Notes: generated by a model not told the origin, from the sequence alone. A stretch of 64,000 nucleotides of DNA from Patescibacteria group bacterium (GCA_018970425.1 JAGWWK010000002.1:7891-71890); one strand, 5' to 3'; positions 27,777-37,864 are shown, numbered from the stretch's first letter. Numbers and translations are program-made.

Positions 27777-28613
27777 CTAGATGAGCCCCTCGGCTCGTAG
27801 CGCCTTGCGTATCGCACGCACACGCCGCGCGGGAAAGCCGGTGACTTTTGAACCCGTGAGTGCGGCGCGCACGAGAGCACCGCGGATCTCGCGATCCGAA
27901 CCCTTGAACGGCTTTTGTCTCGCGTGGTGACGCGAACGGCGTGAAGGATTGGGTATGCTTTTTTTGAGGTGTGAACCGTAGTCCATAAGTGCCGCGTACC
28001 ACACCCGGGGCTGAACACCTCGCGGTACCCGTATATGCGGAATGATTTCCGCATCCGCTACCGTGTCGCGACGCGGAAAGAGGTGGTGCAGGTACACAGC
28101 TCGAATGTTGGTTTCAATAAGCACACGAGGTTCATTATGTGCGAACACGCGTACTGCGTTTGCAGTATAAGGTCCTACACCAGGCAACTCCTCAAGCACG
28201 CCTCCCCATCGTTTAGACGCTTCCCACAGATACTTTGCGCGACGGTTGTACCCGAGGCCCTGCCACAACCTGAGCACATCAACAAGTGGGGCTTGCGCAA
28301 GCGCGTCAGCGTTTGGATAACGCTCAATAAACGCACTAAACTTAGGGACCACCCGATCAACCTGCGTCTGCTGTAGCATCACTTCGGAGACAAGAATCTG
28401 ATACGGATCGACGGTCTTGCGCCACGGCAGCTCGTGCCGGCCATGCGTTCGATAATACTGTAAAACTATTTTTGTGAGTTCCTGCAACACCTTCGGGCTG
28501 GCCCGCCCTCGGCGGCGCGTTATGTGCGCGCGCTTACTTCTTTTTTTCAAGAAGACGGGTGAGCGGGTGCTCGCGGCAGTCGTGCGGGCGCGCGGGGCAG
28601 ATGTAGCGACCAT
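27777..28613 (-). CDS. HhH-GPD DNA glycosylase (MutY/Nth-like), no C-terminal Fe-S cysteine cluster seen; start uncertain
   Basis: HhH-GPD motifs (VSEVMLQQTQV...LPGVGPYTANAV); Arg/Lys-rich N-terminal tail; overlaps the next gene. Confidence 0.75.
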   Translation of the reverse strand: MVATSAPRARTTAASTRSPVFLKKRSKRAHITRRRGRASPKVLQELTKIVLQYYRTHGRHELPWRKTVDPYQILVSEVMLQQTQVDRVVPKFSAFIERYPNADALAQAPLVDVLRLWQGLGYNRRAKYLWEASKRWGGVLEELPGVGPYTANAVRVFAHNEPRVLIETNIRAVYLHHLFPRRDTVADAEIIPHIRVPRGVQPRVWYAALMDYGSHLKKSIPNPSRRSRHHARQKPFKGSDREIRGALVRAALTGSKVTGFPARRVRAIRKALRAEGLI

Positions 28614-29208
28614 AGAGTACGAGGCCATTATTAACATACTTCCAATCTTTTTTCGGTACGAGGGTCTCGAGGTCATGCGATATCTTTGTGAGGTCAGTGT
28701 TCCGTGTGAGACCGAAGCGCTGCGCGAAGCGCTTCACATGCGTGTCTGTCGGTATGCCGTCGTACTCGTCTAAAAGCTCGCCGCGAATGACATGCGCGGT
28801 CTTATACCCTATGCCGGGGAGCGCAACCAGTTCAGAGTACCCCATTCCCGTAAATCGTTGTGCCGCTTCAATAACATGACGTGCTTTTGTTCGAAAGAAG
28901 GTGATGGAAGAAATTTCTTTCTGGAGTGTTTCAAGATCCGCCCGAGCAAAGTCCGCAGGCGTTCTATATTTTTTAAACAGCGTTCGCGTCACGCGGTTTA
29001 CTACCTTGTCTGTGCATTGTGCTGAGAGCATAACCGCGACAACGAGCTGAAACGGCGTATCGTAGAGGAGCTCGGTCTTAGGGACCGGATACGCGCGCTT
29101 CAAGTACGCGACAAGCGTCGCGGCGCGTGCGCGTCGCGCCGCATTACGCGCGGGCGCTGAGGTCCGTGAGGACCTGACTCGCGTGCGTGAGTGGATTGAC
29201 TTTTTCAT
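28534..29208 (-). CDS. nth: Endonuclease III
   Basis: HhH motif LPGIGYKTAHVI, catalytic Asp/Lys region, C-terminal Cys cluster (CPARPHDCREHP); start uncertain, overlaps bcp. Confidence 0.8.
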   Translation of the reverse strand: MKKSIHSRTRVRSSRTSAPARNAARRARAATLVAYLKRAYPVPKTELLYDTPFQLVVAVMLSAQCTDKVVNRVTRTLFKKYRTPADFARADLETLQKEISSITFFRTKARHVIEAAQRFTGMGYSELVALPGIGYKTAHVIRGELLDEYDGIPTDTHVKRFAQRFGLTRNTDLTKISHDLETLVPKKDWKYVNNGLVLYGRYICPARPHDCREHPLTRLLEKKK

Positions 29209-29608
29209 ATACAACCGCAACACGACCTTCAGGGTCAACAAGGTACGATGTGCGCGAAATACCCTCGTACGAGCGACCGAGAAATGTTTTCTTTCCCCAG
29301 ACGCCGTAGGCCTTCAGCATATCGTGTCCTGTATCTGAGAGGAGCGTGAATGGTAGCTCGTACTTAGTGGCAAACTTTTTATGGCTCTCTACGGAGTCTG
29401 CTGAAACCCCGAAAATCTTTGCCTTCTTAGTATCAAAAGCGGGAAAATCATCACGCAAAGCGCACGCCTCCTTGGTGCACCCTGGCGTGTCATCCTTGGG
29501 GTAAAAGTAAATCAAGACCCATTGCCCTGCGTAGTCCCTCAGAGAGTGCATAACGCCGTCCTGGTCGGGCAAAGTAAAATCTGGTGCCTGTTGTCCTGTG
29601 GTAAGCAT
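29144..29608 (-). CDS. bcp: Peroxiredoxin Bcp (thiol peroxidase)
   Basis: PGCTKEACA peroxidatic-Cys motif in an AhpC/TSA fold. Confidence 0.85.
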   Translation of the reverse strand: MLTTGQQAPDFTLPDQDGVMHSLRDYAGQWVLIYFYPKDDTPGCTKEACALRDDFPAFDTKKAKIFGVSADSVESHKKFATKYELPFTLLSDTGHDMLKAYGVWGKKTFLGRSYEGISRTSYLVDPEGRVAVVYEKVNPLTHASQVLTDLSARA

Positions 29609-29626
29609 GCGCTCAGTGTACCGCGC

Positions 29627-30871
29627 TCACGCGCGACCCGCCAAAATCTCAAGCGCTACCCGTCTACCTTCTTCAATCGCACCATGGGCGGTGCCCGGAT
29701 GTCCTCGCGTATTCGTCGCCTCCCCGCAGTAGTAGAGCGTATCGGCAATAGGTCGAGCTAAAATATCGCGCGTATCCTCCATTCCGACCGTAGGAAACGA
29801 GTACGATCCATACGCATACGGATCGCTACTCCAGGTGATATGCCGCGCATGTGAGATAAGATGCCGCACCCCGGCACCAAGCGCGTCCGAGAGGTCTTGC
29901 ATACCCGCCTCAATCGCATCTGCCTCGCTCATGCGCGCGAGTTCGTTCGCACGCGCTCCGCCGCTGTACCCCACGAGTACCGGCTCTTCCCCGAACCAGC
30001 GTTGCCACCAGTGACCTACAGGTCCGTCAGTATCGATCATACGGAACGGGGGTAGGTGTCCGCTCATCCAAAAAAGCATTTTAGTGGAGTTACCAAAACC
30101 GACCGCGCGCACGCCTTGCTCAAACGCCTGCGGGAGCGCCGGCATAAATTCTGGAGGACATTTCTTCATCACACCAATCGGGATAGTGAACACGAGCCGC
30201 GGTGCTTCAAAATGCGCACCGTTCTCACACTCAACGGCAACGCGACCCTCGGCCCAGCGCACACGCACGGCGCGGTGCCGCAGGCGAATATCAAGCCCCT
30301 CGGCATAGCCGCGCATCACGCGATCGTATCCGTCCGTGATCCAAAAGTTTTTCCCCCCGTTTGTCGCGAGTCGCTCTTCGTGGACGATGCCGCGCACCGA
30401 CAGGAGTCCGGGGTCCGCCGCTTCTATGTCGCCAATCTCGCGGACTTTGTAAAAGGCCGCCTCTTCGTCTGTGGCGTTTTTGCGAAAATATTCAGCGACC
30501 GACATGTCTGGACCATCATATGACCAGAGCTCATCGTCAACCGCACGAAAACGCTGGAACAAATCTTCGGAATCATCTCGTATCTGCCCTCCTTTTCCGA
30601 ACAAGCGATAGCTGTCCGCAGTCTCAAGTCCCCATTCCTCGGTTTTCAATTCAAGCGCACGAACCATCTCCCAGGTGGTCGCGTTTTCTCCATGTATAAA
30701 TTCCGCTCCGGCCTCAACGACGCCTCGTTCGCGAAGCGTGTGTACCCTGCCACCAATCCGATCACGCGCCTCAAGGACGACAACGCGCACACCCTTTTTC
30801 ACAAGTTCGCGCGCGGCTGATAGCCCTGCCGGGCCAGCTCCAATCACTACTACATCAAAAGTGTCTGACAC
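29627..30871 (-). CDS. FAD-dependent amine oxidase-family oxidoreductase
   Basis: Rossmann motif VVVIGAGPAGLSAAREL...LEARDRIGGR and flavin amine-oxidase architecture. Confidence 0.75.
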   Translation of the reverse strand: MSDTFDVVVIGAGPAGLSAARELVKKGVRVVVLEARDRIGGRVHTLRERGVVEAGAEFIHGENATTWEMVRALELKTEEWGLETADSYRLFGKGGQIRDDSEDLFQRFRAVDDELWSYDGPDMSVAEYFRKNATDEEAAFYKVREIGDIEAADPGLLSVRGIVHEERLATNGGKNFWITDGYDRVMRGYAEGLDIRLRHRAVRVRWAEGRVAVECENGAHFEAPRLVFTIPIGVMKKCPPEFMPALPQAFEQGVRAVGFGNSTKMLFWMSGHLPPFRMIDTDGPVGHWWQRWFGEEPVLVGYSGGARANELARMSEADAIEAGMQDLSDALGAGVRHLISHARHITWSSDPYAYGSYSFPTVGMEDTRDILARPIADTLYYCGEATNTRGHPGTAHGAIEEGRRVALEILAGRA

Positions 30872-30875
30872 CTCT

Positions 30876-31433
30876 TTATTGTGCCACAGCTCGCGTAGCC
30901 ACCACGAACACCGTGTAATTAAACTTCATGTCCTGAATTTTTTCTTCGAGAACGTCAAGTCCGTAAAGCTCCGCCGCCATAGCTGAGGCAACCACCGCGG
31001 TAGTCTCGGGCAGCACGCCGCTCGCGAGATCCTTTGCAGCGAGTGCCGTGTCTGCGTAGGGCACGAGCTCAACGTTCGGCCACATACGCTTCAAATACAT
31101 ACGGCATTGCTTGAGAGCCTGGTCGTGTGAGGTGATCGCCGTTACATCGGATGCAGTCACACCCTTCTTGACGAGTAAGTTTTGATTCACTTCGATTTCA
31201 AACATTTTTTCGATAGCAAAGCGGTGCTTAGCCATGGCGTATACGGCCTCTATAACCACCCCACCAGTCGAGTTTTCTATAGGAAACACGCCACAGTCTA
31301 GTGTTCCGCGTTCGAGCTCGGTGAGCACATTTTCAACAGAGACCAAGAAGATGATCTCCGCGGCAGGATCAACGGTGAGCGCCGCCTGCTGTGAAAAGGC
31401 TCCCGGTGCTCCTGATATTCCGATACGCATCAT
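30876..31433 (-). CDS. pheA: Prephenate dehydratase (PDT domain only, no ACT domain)
   Basis: PDT-domain motifs (GAPGAFSQQAA...GVFPIENSTGG...TAITSHDQALKQC). Confidence 0.7.
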   Translation of the reverse strand: MMRIGISGAPGAFSQQAALTVDPAAEIIFLVSVENVLTELERGTLDCGVFPIENSTGGVVIEAVYAMAKHRFAIEKMFEIEVNQNLLVKKGVTASDVTAITSHDQALKQCRMYLKRMWPNVELVPYADTALAAKDLASGVLPETTAVVASAMAAELYGLDVLEEKIQDMKFNYTVFVVATRAVAQ

Positions 31434-31447
31434 GCTAGACTACCACC

Positions 31448-31915
31448 ATGACACAAGACTTCAAAATACCGAGCGAAGAGGAGCTTAAAGCGCGTCTGTC
31501 TGCCGAGGAGTATGAAGTCTTGCGCAATAAGGGCACCGAGATCCCCTACACTGGTGACTTTTTAACAAAAACTCCTGACGGAACCTTCATCTGTAAGGTG
31601 TGTGGGCAGCCGCTCTTTGAATCGACCGCAAAGTACGAATCACTGACCGGCTGGCCATCGTTCGATCAAGCCATACCAGGTGCAGTGACTGAAAAAGCTG
31701 ACGACTCGCATGGCATGCAGCGAACGGAAATAGTGTGCAGTCGTTGTGGCTCGCACCTGGGGCACGTCTTTGAGGATGGCCCGCGTACCTCGACCGGCAA
31801 GCGCTATTGTGTAAATTCTGTATGCCTCAATCTCGATGAAAGTAAAAAGCCGGCGCCGCGCGCACCGGCTCAAGCAGATACCGAAGAGACTGCGGCAGAA
31901 CCTACCACACCCTAA
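31448..31915 (+). CDS. msrB: Peptide-methionine (R)-S-oxide reductase MsrB
   Basis: CxxC...CxxC zinc site and catalytic RCGSHLGHVFEDGP. Confidence 0.9.
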   Translation: MTQDFKIPSEEELKARLSAEEYEVLRNKGTEIPYTGDFLTKTPDGTFICKVCGQPLFESTAKYESLTGWPSFDQAIPGAVTEKADDSHGMQRTEIVCSRCGSHLGHVFEDGPRTSTGKRYCVNSVCLNLDESKKPAPRAPAQADTEETAAEPTTP

Positions 31916-32454
31916 TGGCAACGGCAGTCTTTGGCGGAGGATGTTTCTGGTGCACTGAAGCGGTCTTCAAAATGCTGAACGGTGTTTCTTCGGTCCTGCC
32001 GGGCTACGCCGGAGGCACCGTGCCGCACCCTGCCTACGAGGCTGTGTGCAGTGGCACAACCGGACACGCAGAGTGCGTAAAAATTGAGTACGACGAACAG
32101 GTAGTCACTTATCGCGACCTCCTGACCGTTTTTTTCGCATCACACGATCCCTCGACACTGAACCGACAAGGCAACGATGTCGGGACACAGTACCGCTCCG
32201 TCATTTTCTATACCACTCCGGACCAACAGTCAGAAGCGCTCACAATGATAGCTGAAATGAACGCCTCTTCAGAGGGAGGTGCGCCTATACTCACCGCAGT
32301 AGAGCCCCTAACGGAGTTTTACCCCGCCGAGGACTACCACCGCGACTACTATGCCCTGAACAGCCACGCCCCCTACTGTCGAATAGTCATTAACCCCAAG
32401 CTCGAAAAGGTGCAAAAGGACTTCTCCGCACTACTCAAAAACGGCTCAGTATAG
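31915..32454 (+). CDS. msrA: Peptide-methionine (S)-S-oxide reductase MsrA
   Basis: GGGCFWCTEAVF active-site motif. Confidence 0.9.
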   Translation: MATAVFGGGCFWCTEAVFKMLNGVSSVLPGYAGGTVPHPAYEAVCSGTTGHAECVKIEYDEQVVTYRDLLTVFFASHDPSTLNRQGNDVGTQYRSVIFYTTPDQQSEALTMIAEMNASSEGGAPILTAVEPLTEFYPAEDYHRDYYALNSHAPYCRIVINPKLEKVQKDFSALLKNGSV

Positions 32455-32468
32455 GCCCACAATATTAC

Positions 32469-32497
32469 TTGACTATACACTGTTTATGGTGTATAAC
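32469..32497 (+). promoter_or_regulatory. Near-consensus sigma70 promoter (TTGACT, 17-nt spacer, TATAAC) in an AT-rich island
   Basis: Read directly: ttgact atacactgtttatggtg tataac. Confidence 0.6.
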
Positions 32498-32564
32498 GTA
32501 AATACTACATAATCGCTGGAGGTGGTGCTATTGCTGGACTCCGTGTCCACTGTGTAGTCAAAAG

Positions 32565-32599
32565 GTCAAATCTTGACGGACGGAGGTCAAGATTTGAAA
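32565..32599 (+). other. Strong stem-loop (12-bp stem tcaaatcttgac/gtcaagatttga) within the orphan transcript
   Basis: Inverted repeat read directly. Confidence 0.6.
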
Positions 32600-32611
32600 A
32601 AATAATACGTA

Positions 32612-32677
32612 ATGCTGATGAATAGTCTTGTTGGGATTATAGGTGCTGGTGTTTTGGTAGATGCCGCACGGCGCTAA
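32612..32677 (+). CDS. Candidate 21-codon ORF (MLMNSLVGIIGAGVLVDAARR) inside the orphan transcript
   Basis: ATG..TAA ORF between the promoter and terminators; no clear Shine-Dalgarno; very tentative. Confidence 0.2.
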   Translation: MLMNSLVGIIGAGVLVDAARR

Positions 32678-32694
32678 AACGGACGTAAGTAAGT

Positions 32695-32727
32695 AAACCC
32701 CGCTTCGGCGGGGTCTTTACTTTATTA
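32695..32727. terminator. Bidirectional intrinsic terminator (ccccgcttcggcgggg followed by tctttactttatt)
   Basis: Hairpin with T-rich tracts on both strands. Confidence 0.7.
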
Positions 32728-32754
32728 CACTGGCAGCCTCAACCAGAACGTTCA

Positions 32755-32787
32755 CCCCCCCCCGCCCTGTGGCGGGGGTTTTGTTTA
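32755..32787 (+). terminator. Second intrinsic terminator (ccccgccctgtggcgggggttttgttt)
   Basis: GC hairpin followed by a T-run. Confidence 0.65.
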
Positions 32788-32790
32788 TGA

Positions 32791-34359
32791 CTAGACAGGT
32801 AGCGCGACCCAGAAGGTAGAACCCTTCCCCTCGCCCGGCGACTCGGCGCCCATCTTCCCCCCGTGCATCGCCACAATATGCTTCGCGATAGACAGTCCTA
32901 TCCCCACGCCCTCGGTGTCGGCACGCTTTGCGGCGTCAGTACGATAGAACGAAGAAAAGATACGTGCTAGATCTGCTTTTGGTATGCCGATACCGCTGTC
33001 GCGCACCGCTAGCCGCACACCGCGACGCTCCGCGCTCAAAGACACATGGACGGATCCTCCATTTCGGTTATACGCAATCGCGTTTTCAATCAGTATGTCA
33101 ACGACTGACGCGAGGCGCGTACTGTCTCCCACCGGCTTGCCCGCGTCTGGGTCGAGCCGAGTGACTACGGAGATATTTTTTTCTTTCAGCGCCGAGTCAA
33201 ACCGCGCGAGAGACGCGTGAATGAGCACGTGCAGGTCTACCGGCTCTTTAGCGTACGCGTACGAGTCCTCATCAATACGCGACGCGTCCATCAGTATGTT
33301 CGTGAGCTCTATGAGGCGTGAGTTAGAGGCGTCAATGCGCTGTAGGCCCGCAACGAGCTCAGGATCACCTTTTGCCCGCTCTAGAAGCCCGGGCACCTCC
33401 CACCTAATGCGTGTGAGGGGCGTGCGGAGTTTGTGTGTCGCTATGGTAATGAACTCATACTTGAGCCGCTCGGTATCACGACTCATTGACCACACGCCGC
33501 GCGCAACCGTCACCGACACCAGAGCCGCAATAAGTGGCACCGTTATAAATGAAAGGTACGGAACGGCGCGCACTAAAAAGTCGTTGACCAAGATGAGCGC
33601 CGCAAACACCGCAGCCAATCCCCCTACTGAAAGTCCGTACACCAGCGCTCGCCGCGCGAGTATGCGGATGTCGAGCAAGTTCACCGCAAAGATGCCGTAC
33701 GCAATCGGAATAAAAAAGAGTCCGAACAGGGAGCCAAAGAGCGGATCAAGCGGTATGTCATACACGAGCGCAAAGTTAAGAGTCCCGAGCGCGTACCCTA
33801 TGAGGAGCATCAGTATGAAGTACTCGTACCGGCGGCGCTCAACACCCTGAGCGCGACGATATGCCGCAATAAGCGCGATAAAGGGCGGGAGCGGAAAGAG
33901 CAAAAAGTACGCGAGCATGACTGAGTACAGCCATCCCGCCTCAAGGTAGAAATAAAAATAGAGTTTCGGCTCTATGAGCGGGAGGAATGCCTGCGGGTCT
34001 GCCCACGCATAGATAAAAATAGCGATACCCGTGAGGTACGTGAGTCGTATGTATGAGCGCCAGGCGCTCGCCCGATTGATACTGTGCAGTACAAAGTGCA
34101 CCACTGCCATCGTGATGAACACATCAACGCTATTCAGAAACCACCAAAAGTATGCAGCAAAGTACTCGCGTTGCAGTGCCGCCAGGATATAGAACACCTG
34201 GTAGAGGAGCGTCGACAGCATGAGAAAGGCAAAAAGCTGGTTGGTCCGCGCACGCGGATTACTGAAAAATACAAACAGCCCGCCCGCGGCAATGATAAGT
34301 GCCGAGAAGGCGTTCCCGGCTATGGTCACAAATAGCTGATCCGGAATACCAAACATCAC
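32791..34359 (-). CDS. Sensor histidine kinase with about 10 N-terminal TM helices
   Basis: HisKA H-box (ITIATHKLRTPLT) and HATPase_c N/G boxes (NAIAYN, DSGIGI, GVGIGLSIA). Confidence 0.9.
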   Translation of the reverse strand: MMFGIPDQLFVTIAGNAFSALIIAAGGLFVFFSNPRARTNQLFAFLMLSTLLYQVFYILAALQREYFAAYFWWFLNSVDVFITMAVVHFVLHSINRASAWRSYIRLTYLTGIAIFIYAWADPQAFLPLIEPKLYFYFYLEAGWLYSVMLAYFLLFPLPPFIALIAAYRRAQGVERRRYEYFILMLLIGYALGTLNFALVYDIPLDPLFGSLFGLFFIPIAYGIFAVNLLDIRILARRALVYGLSVGGLAAVFAALILVNDFLVRAVPYLSFITVPLIAALVSVTVARGVWSMSRDTERLKYEFITIATHKLRTPLTRIRWEVPGLLERAKGDPELVAGLQRIDASNSRLIELTNILMDASRIDEDSYAYAKEPVDLHVLIHASLARFDSALKEKNISVVTRLDPDAGKPVGDSTRLASVVDILIENAIAYNRNGGSVHVSLSAERRGVRLAVRDSGIGIPKADLARIFSSFYRTDAAKRADTEGVGIGLSIAKHIVAMHGGKMGAESPGEGKGSTFWVALPV

Positions 34360-34739
34360 GGGTGCGGCGGACCTGTGAGCGTGCGGACTATCGCGACGAT
34401 ATCCGTGGGCATACTGACCGCCTTCACGAAAAAGTGTTTCGCGCCGAGCTCGGCGGCGCGCCGTACGTCTTCAGGCGAAGAAAGGTTAGAGAGAACGACT
34501 ACCGGAATTTTCTGCGTTGCCATATCGGTTTTCAATCGTCGGAGCACCTCAAACCCCTCAATCTGTGGCAAGAGGAGGTCGAGGAGGATTAGGTTGGGCT
34601 GCCACTTGCTGACAGCGGCAAGACCTGCCGCACCGTCTCGTGCCTGGCGCACCTCGTACCCTGCGGCTTTGAGCGCGCGCTCAATAGTATCGGCAAAAAA
34701 CTTTTCGTCCTCGATGTAGAGGATGCGCGGCGCGGACAT
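34356..34739 (-). CDS. Stand-alone response-regulator receiver (CheY-like)
   Basis: REC-domain residues (YIEDE...DLLLP...K); 4-nt overlap with the kinase gene. Confidence 0.85.
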   Translation of the reverse strand: MSAPRILYIEDEKFFADTIERALKAAGYEVRQARDGAAGLAAVSKWQPNLILLDLLLPQIEGFEVLRRLKTDMATQKIPVVVLSNLSSPEDVRRAAELGAKHFFVKAVSMPTDIVAIVRTLTGPPHP

Positions 34740-34754
34740 GCATTCAGTATAGCG

Positions 34755-35117
34755 CTAGGAGTAGCGATTCGTCCCCTCGTCTTCACGCTTGTGGACTGCG
34801 TCTTCATCGAGTCCCATGTAGTGCCCCACCTCGTGCCAGAGCGTATCCTGTATTACTTGTTCAACTGAGAGTCCGCTCTCGGCGGCTTCAGTCGCAATAG
34901 GGCGCATGTAGAGCGTAATCGTATCCGGGAGTGTCATACCGATACCGTAGTCACCGCCGCGCTCTGACTGCGGTACGCCTTGGTAGAGTCCAAGCAACTC
35001 TCCATCGTCTTCACCCTCTTCAATAAGTACCGCGACATTCTTCATTTGGCGCGCAAACTTTTCCGGCACCTGTGCGAGTGCGTGTACTACTAACTGCTCA
35101 AATTCTTCATACGTCAT
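34755..35117 (-). CDS. Zincin-like metallopeptidase family protein (DUF1025-type, HExxH)
   Basis: HEVGHYMGL motif in an acidic protein of about 120 aa. Confidence 0.7.
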   Translation of the reverse strand: MTYEEFEQLVVHALAQVPEKFARQMKNVAVLIEEGEDDGELLGLYQGVPQSERGGDYGIGMTLPDTITLYMRPIATEAAESGLSVEQVIQDTLWHEVGHYMGLDEDAVHKREDEGTNRYS

Positions 35118-35156
35118 ATGACGAGCATTGAGGACAGACTGCGAGGCGACACGTGT

Positions 35157-36944
35157 CTAGTTCGTACGGCGTGCTTTGGCGCGATCGTTCTCAGTCAGCT
35201 GCTGCTTTCGCAATCGTACGGACGATGGAGTAATTTCGAGGTACTCGTCCTCGCCCATCACCTCAAGCCCTCGTTCAATCGTTAACTCCCATGGCGGCGT
35301 GAGCATAATGGCATCATCCGAGCCGGATGCGCGCATGTTCGTGAGCTGTTTGCCCTTTGTGGGATTCACGGTCATTTCTTCACCCTTCGAGGTGTTACCG
35401 ATCACTTGACCCTCATACACTTCAACCGCGGGGCCGATATAGAGTATGCCGCGATCCTGGAGGTTAAAGAGCGAGAAGCCGAGCGCCTTGCCGCTCGCCA
35501 TTGAAATCATGGAGCCAGTTGCGCGCTTCTTTATCTCGCCCGCGTACGATCGAAACTCAATGAACCTGCTTGAAAGAATGCCTTCGCCCTTGGTGTCAAC
35601 GATGAACTGGTTACGGTACCCCAGGAGTCCGCGTGTCGGCCCCTCAAAGGTCATGCGCACCTGATTCTCGTGCATCTTGAGGTCCTTCATCTGAAACGCG
35701 CGCTGACCAAGGCGTTCAATGATCGCCCCCTGAAATTCGCTCGGCACATCGATAATCACCTCTTCAAACGGCTCGAGCTTTTGCCCTGCTTCTTCTTTAA
35801 TAATGACCTGCGGCTGTGACACCTGCATTTCATAGCCCTCGCGGCGCATGTTCTCTAACAAGATTGAAACATGGAGCTCGCCGCGGCCATACACGCGGAA
35901 GACGTCCGACGCACCAAAATCTACGCGGAGCCCGACATTGACCTCAAGTTCTTTCTCAAGACGCTCGCGAATCTGGCGATTGGTGACGTACTTACCCTCG
36001 CGTCCAGCAAACGGCGAGTTGTTCACTAAGAAGTTAAGCGCAATCGTTGGCTCATCAACGTGAATCGACGGGAGCGAAGGCGCAGACTCATCGGTAGTGA
36101 CAGTCTCACCGATGTAAATGTCAGGAAGTCCCGCAAGCATTACGATGTCTCCCGCTTCTGCCGAGGCGGTTTCTACGCGCTCGAGCCCGGTAAAGCTGAA
36201 AATTTTTACTGTGCGTCCAGTGCGCGTCGGAGCGCCCTCCTTCTTGATAAAGACATTTTGGTTCGGCGTGAGCACTCCTTCGTATACGCGTCCGACTGCC
36301 AAGCGACCGAGGAAGTTATCGTACCCGAGGTTAAACGGCTGAAAGCGGAGCGCAGTACCCTCTCTTGAAGGTAGCGCCGCAGGTACGTGCTCGAGTACCG
36401 TGTCGAGAAGCGGTGTCATATCAGCTCGTGGGTCATCGAGCTTTTTCATAGCCACGCCCTCACGGCCGATCGCATACACTATTGGAAAATTGAATTGATC
36501 ATCATTCGCGCCGAGCTCAAGAAAGAGTTCGTGCACCGCGTCTACAGTCTGCGCTGGGTTTGCGGCGGGCTTGTCTATCTTATTAATCACGACAATAGGT
36601 TGTAGCCCCAGCTCGAGTGACTTTTTAAGCACAAAGCGAGTCTGTGGCATCGGTCCTTCCTGCGCGTCGACGACGAGTAGAACCGAGTCGATAGAGCGCA
36701 AGACGCGCTCCACCTCGCTTCCGAAGTCTGCGTGACCCGGTGTGTCTACGATGTTAATCTTTGTACCCTTGTACTGAATCGAAGCATTTTTAGCGTAAAT
36801 AGTGATACCGCGCTCCTGCTCGAGCTTGTTCGAGTCCATCGAGACCCCCTCCTTCGCAGCGCCAGTCTGACGGAGTATCGCGTCGGTCATGGTCGTTTTC
36901 CCATGGTCGACGTGCGCGATGATTGCTATGTTTCTGATTTCCAT
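35157..36944 (-). CDS. typA: Translational GTPase TypA/BipA
   Basis: [26 protein letters not shown], and the BipA C-terminal domain. Confidence 0.95.
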   Translation of the reverse strand: MEIRNIAIIAHVDHGKTTMTDAILRQTGAAKEGVSMDSNKLEQERGITIYAKNASIQYKGTKINIVDTPGHADFGSEVERVLRSIDSVLLVVDAQEGPMPQTRFVLKKSLELGLQPIVVINKIDKPAANPAQTVDAVHELFLELGANDDQFNFPIVYAIGREGVAMKKLDDPRADMTPLLDTVLEHVPAALPSREGTALRFQPFNLGYDNFLGRLAVGRVYEGVLTPNQNVFIKKEGAPTRTGRTVKIFSFTGLERVETASAEAGDIVMLAGLPDIYIGETVTTDESAPSLPSIHVDEPTIALNFLVNNSPFAGREGKYVTNRQIRERLEKELEVNVGLRVDFGASDVFRVYGRGELHVSILLENMRREGYEMQVSQPQVIIKEEAGQKLEPFEEVIIDVPSEFQGAIIERLGQRAFQMKDLKMHENQVRMTFEGPTRGLLGYRNQFIVDTKGEGILSSRFIEFRSYAGEIKKRATGSMISMASGKALGFSLFNLQDRGILYIGPAVEVYEGQVIGNTSKGEEMTVNPTKGKQLTNMRASGSDDAIMLTPPWELTIERGLEVMGEDEYLEITPSSVRLRKQQLTENDRAKARRTN

Positions 36945-36989
36945 AATAAAAAACCGCCCGAAGGCTACATTAATTATAGCATAATTTGA

Positions 36990-37742
36990 TTAAATCGCTA
37001 CAGCACGGATAAGGAGGAAGTGTGGGAACTCGGACTCGTAGCCTTTGCTGCCGGAGTAGATCTCTGAAAGGTCGGCTATGGCGAAGCCTGCATCGCGGAG
37101 CGCGGAGGCATAAGACGCAAGCGGTCGGTGGTAAAAAAAGCTCGTCACCTCGCCTTGACCCGTGCGCTGCGGGAGCGGAATGGTCACCTCAGTTTTATAG
37201 CGGTCGACACGGCGGAACGTCAGTTTTCGTCCCTCGTCCTTCCCCCACCCAGACTGGCGAGGAATGCGGAATGCAGGATGAATCATAAAAATAACGAGCT
37301 CACCTCCCTGCCGTAACAGTTTAGCGGCGTTAGAGAAAGCACTGCGGTGATTATCAATATCTTGAATTGAAAACATAAAGACTGCTCGATCGAACTTTTC
37401 TTTTTCAGGAATTTCTATCCCGTTCGGCCGGGCCACATCGGCGACATAAAAGCGCGCCGTACCGCCGCGTTTCTTTGCCTCGCGGATCATCGCGGGCGAC
37501 TTGTCGACACCGACATAGGAGTGTCCCGCGCCTTCAACCGCTTCGCGGAGCGCACCAAAGCCGCACCCTAGCTCTATGACGCGAAGCGCGCCCCTGCGGG
37601 GGTGCGCTTCGAGCGCACGCATAACTTCAGGAATCGCGTACTGCTTATGAAAGGTGGAACCGCCGCGAGCCCAGCCGGCATACCACGGTGCCATCTCATC
37701 CCAACCAGTTTTGTGCGTCTTCCGCAGAGCGTGCCCCCTCAT
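36990..37742 (-). CDS. Class I SAM-dependent methyltransferase
   Basis: Motif I VIELGCGFG and a Rossmann-fold MTase. Confidence 0.75.
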   Translation of the reverse strand: MRGHALRKTHKTGWDEMAPWYAGWARGGSTFHKQYAIPEVMRALEAHPRRGALRVIELGCGFGALREAVEGAGHSYVGVDKSPAMIREAKKRGGTARFYVADVARPNGIEIPEKEKFDRAVFMFSIQDIDNHRSAFSNAAKLLRQGGELVIFMIHPAFRIPRQSGWGKDEGRKLTFRRVDRYKTEVTIPLPQRTGQGEVTSFFYHRPLASYASALRDAGFAIADLSEIYSGSKGYESEFPHFLLIRAVAI

Positions 37743-37759
37743 AGGGGTATCATAGCAAA

Positions 37760-37864
37760 TTAGTCGTTACATGGCGCCCCTGGATCGTGCATGCCGCCAC
37801 AATTCGGGCACTCCCCCGTGGCACACACTTCAACTGGCGTCGGTACTATTTGTTCGAAACGCAT
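37760..37864 (-). CDS. Candidate 34-aa zinc-ribbon microprotein (MRFEQIVPTPVEVCATGECPNCGGMHDPGAPCND)
   Basis: ATG preceded by a TATACT box 6 nt upstream; four Cys as CPNCG plus two more; this is the 3-prime part of a longer 106-aa ORF whose upstream portion looks non-coding. Confidence 0.35.
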   Translation of the reverse strand: MRFEQIVPTPVEVCATGECPNCGGMHDPGAPCND

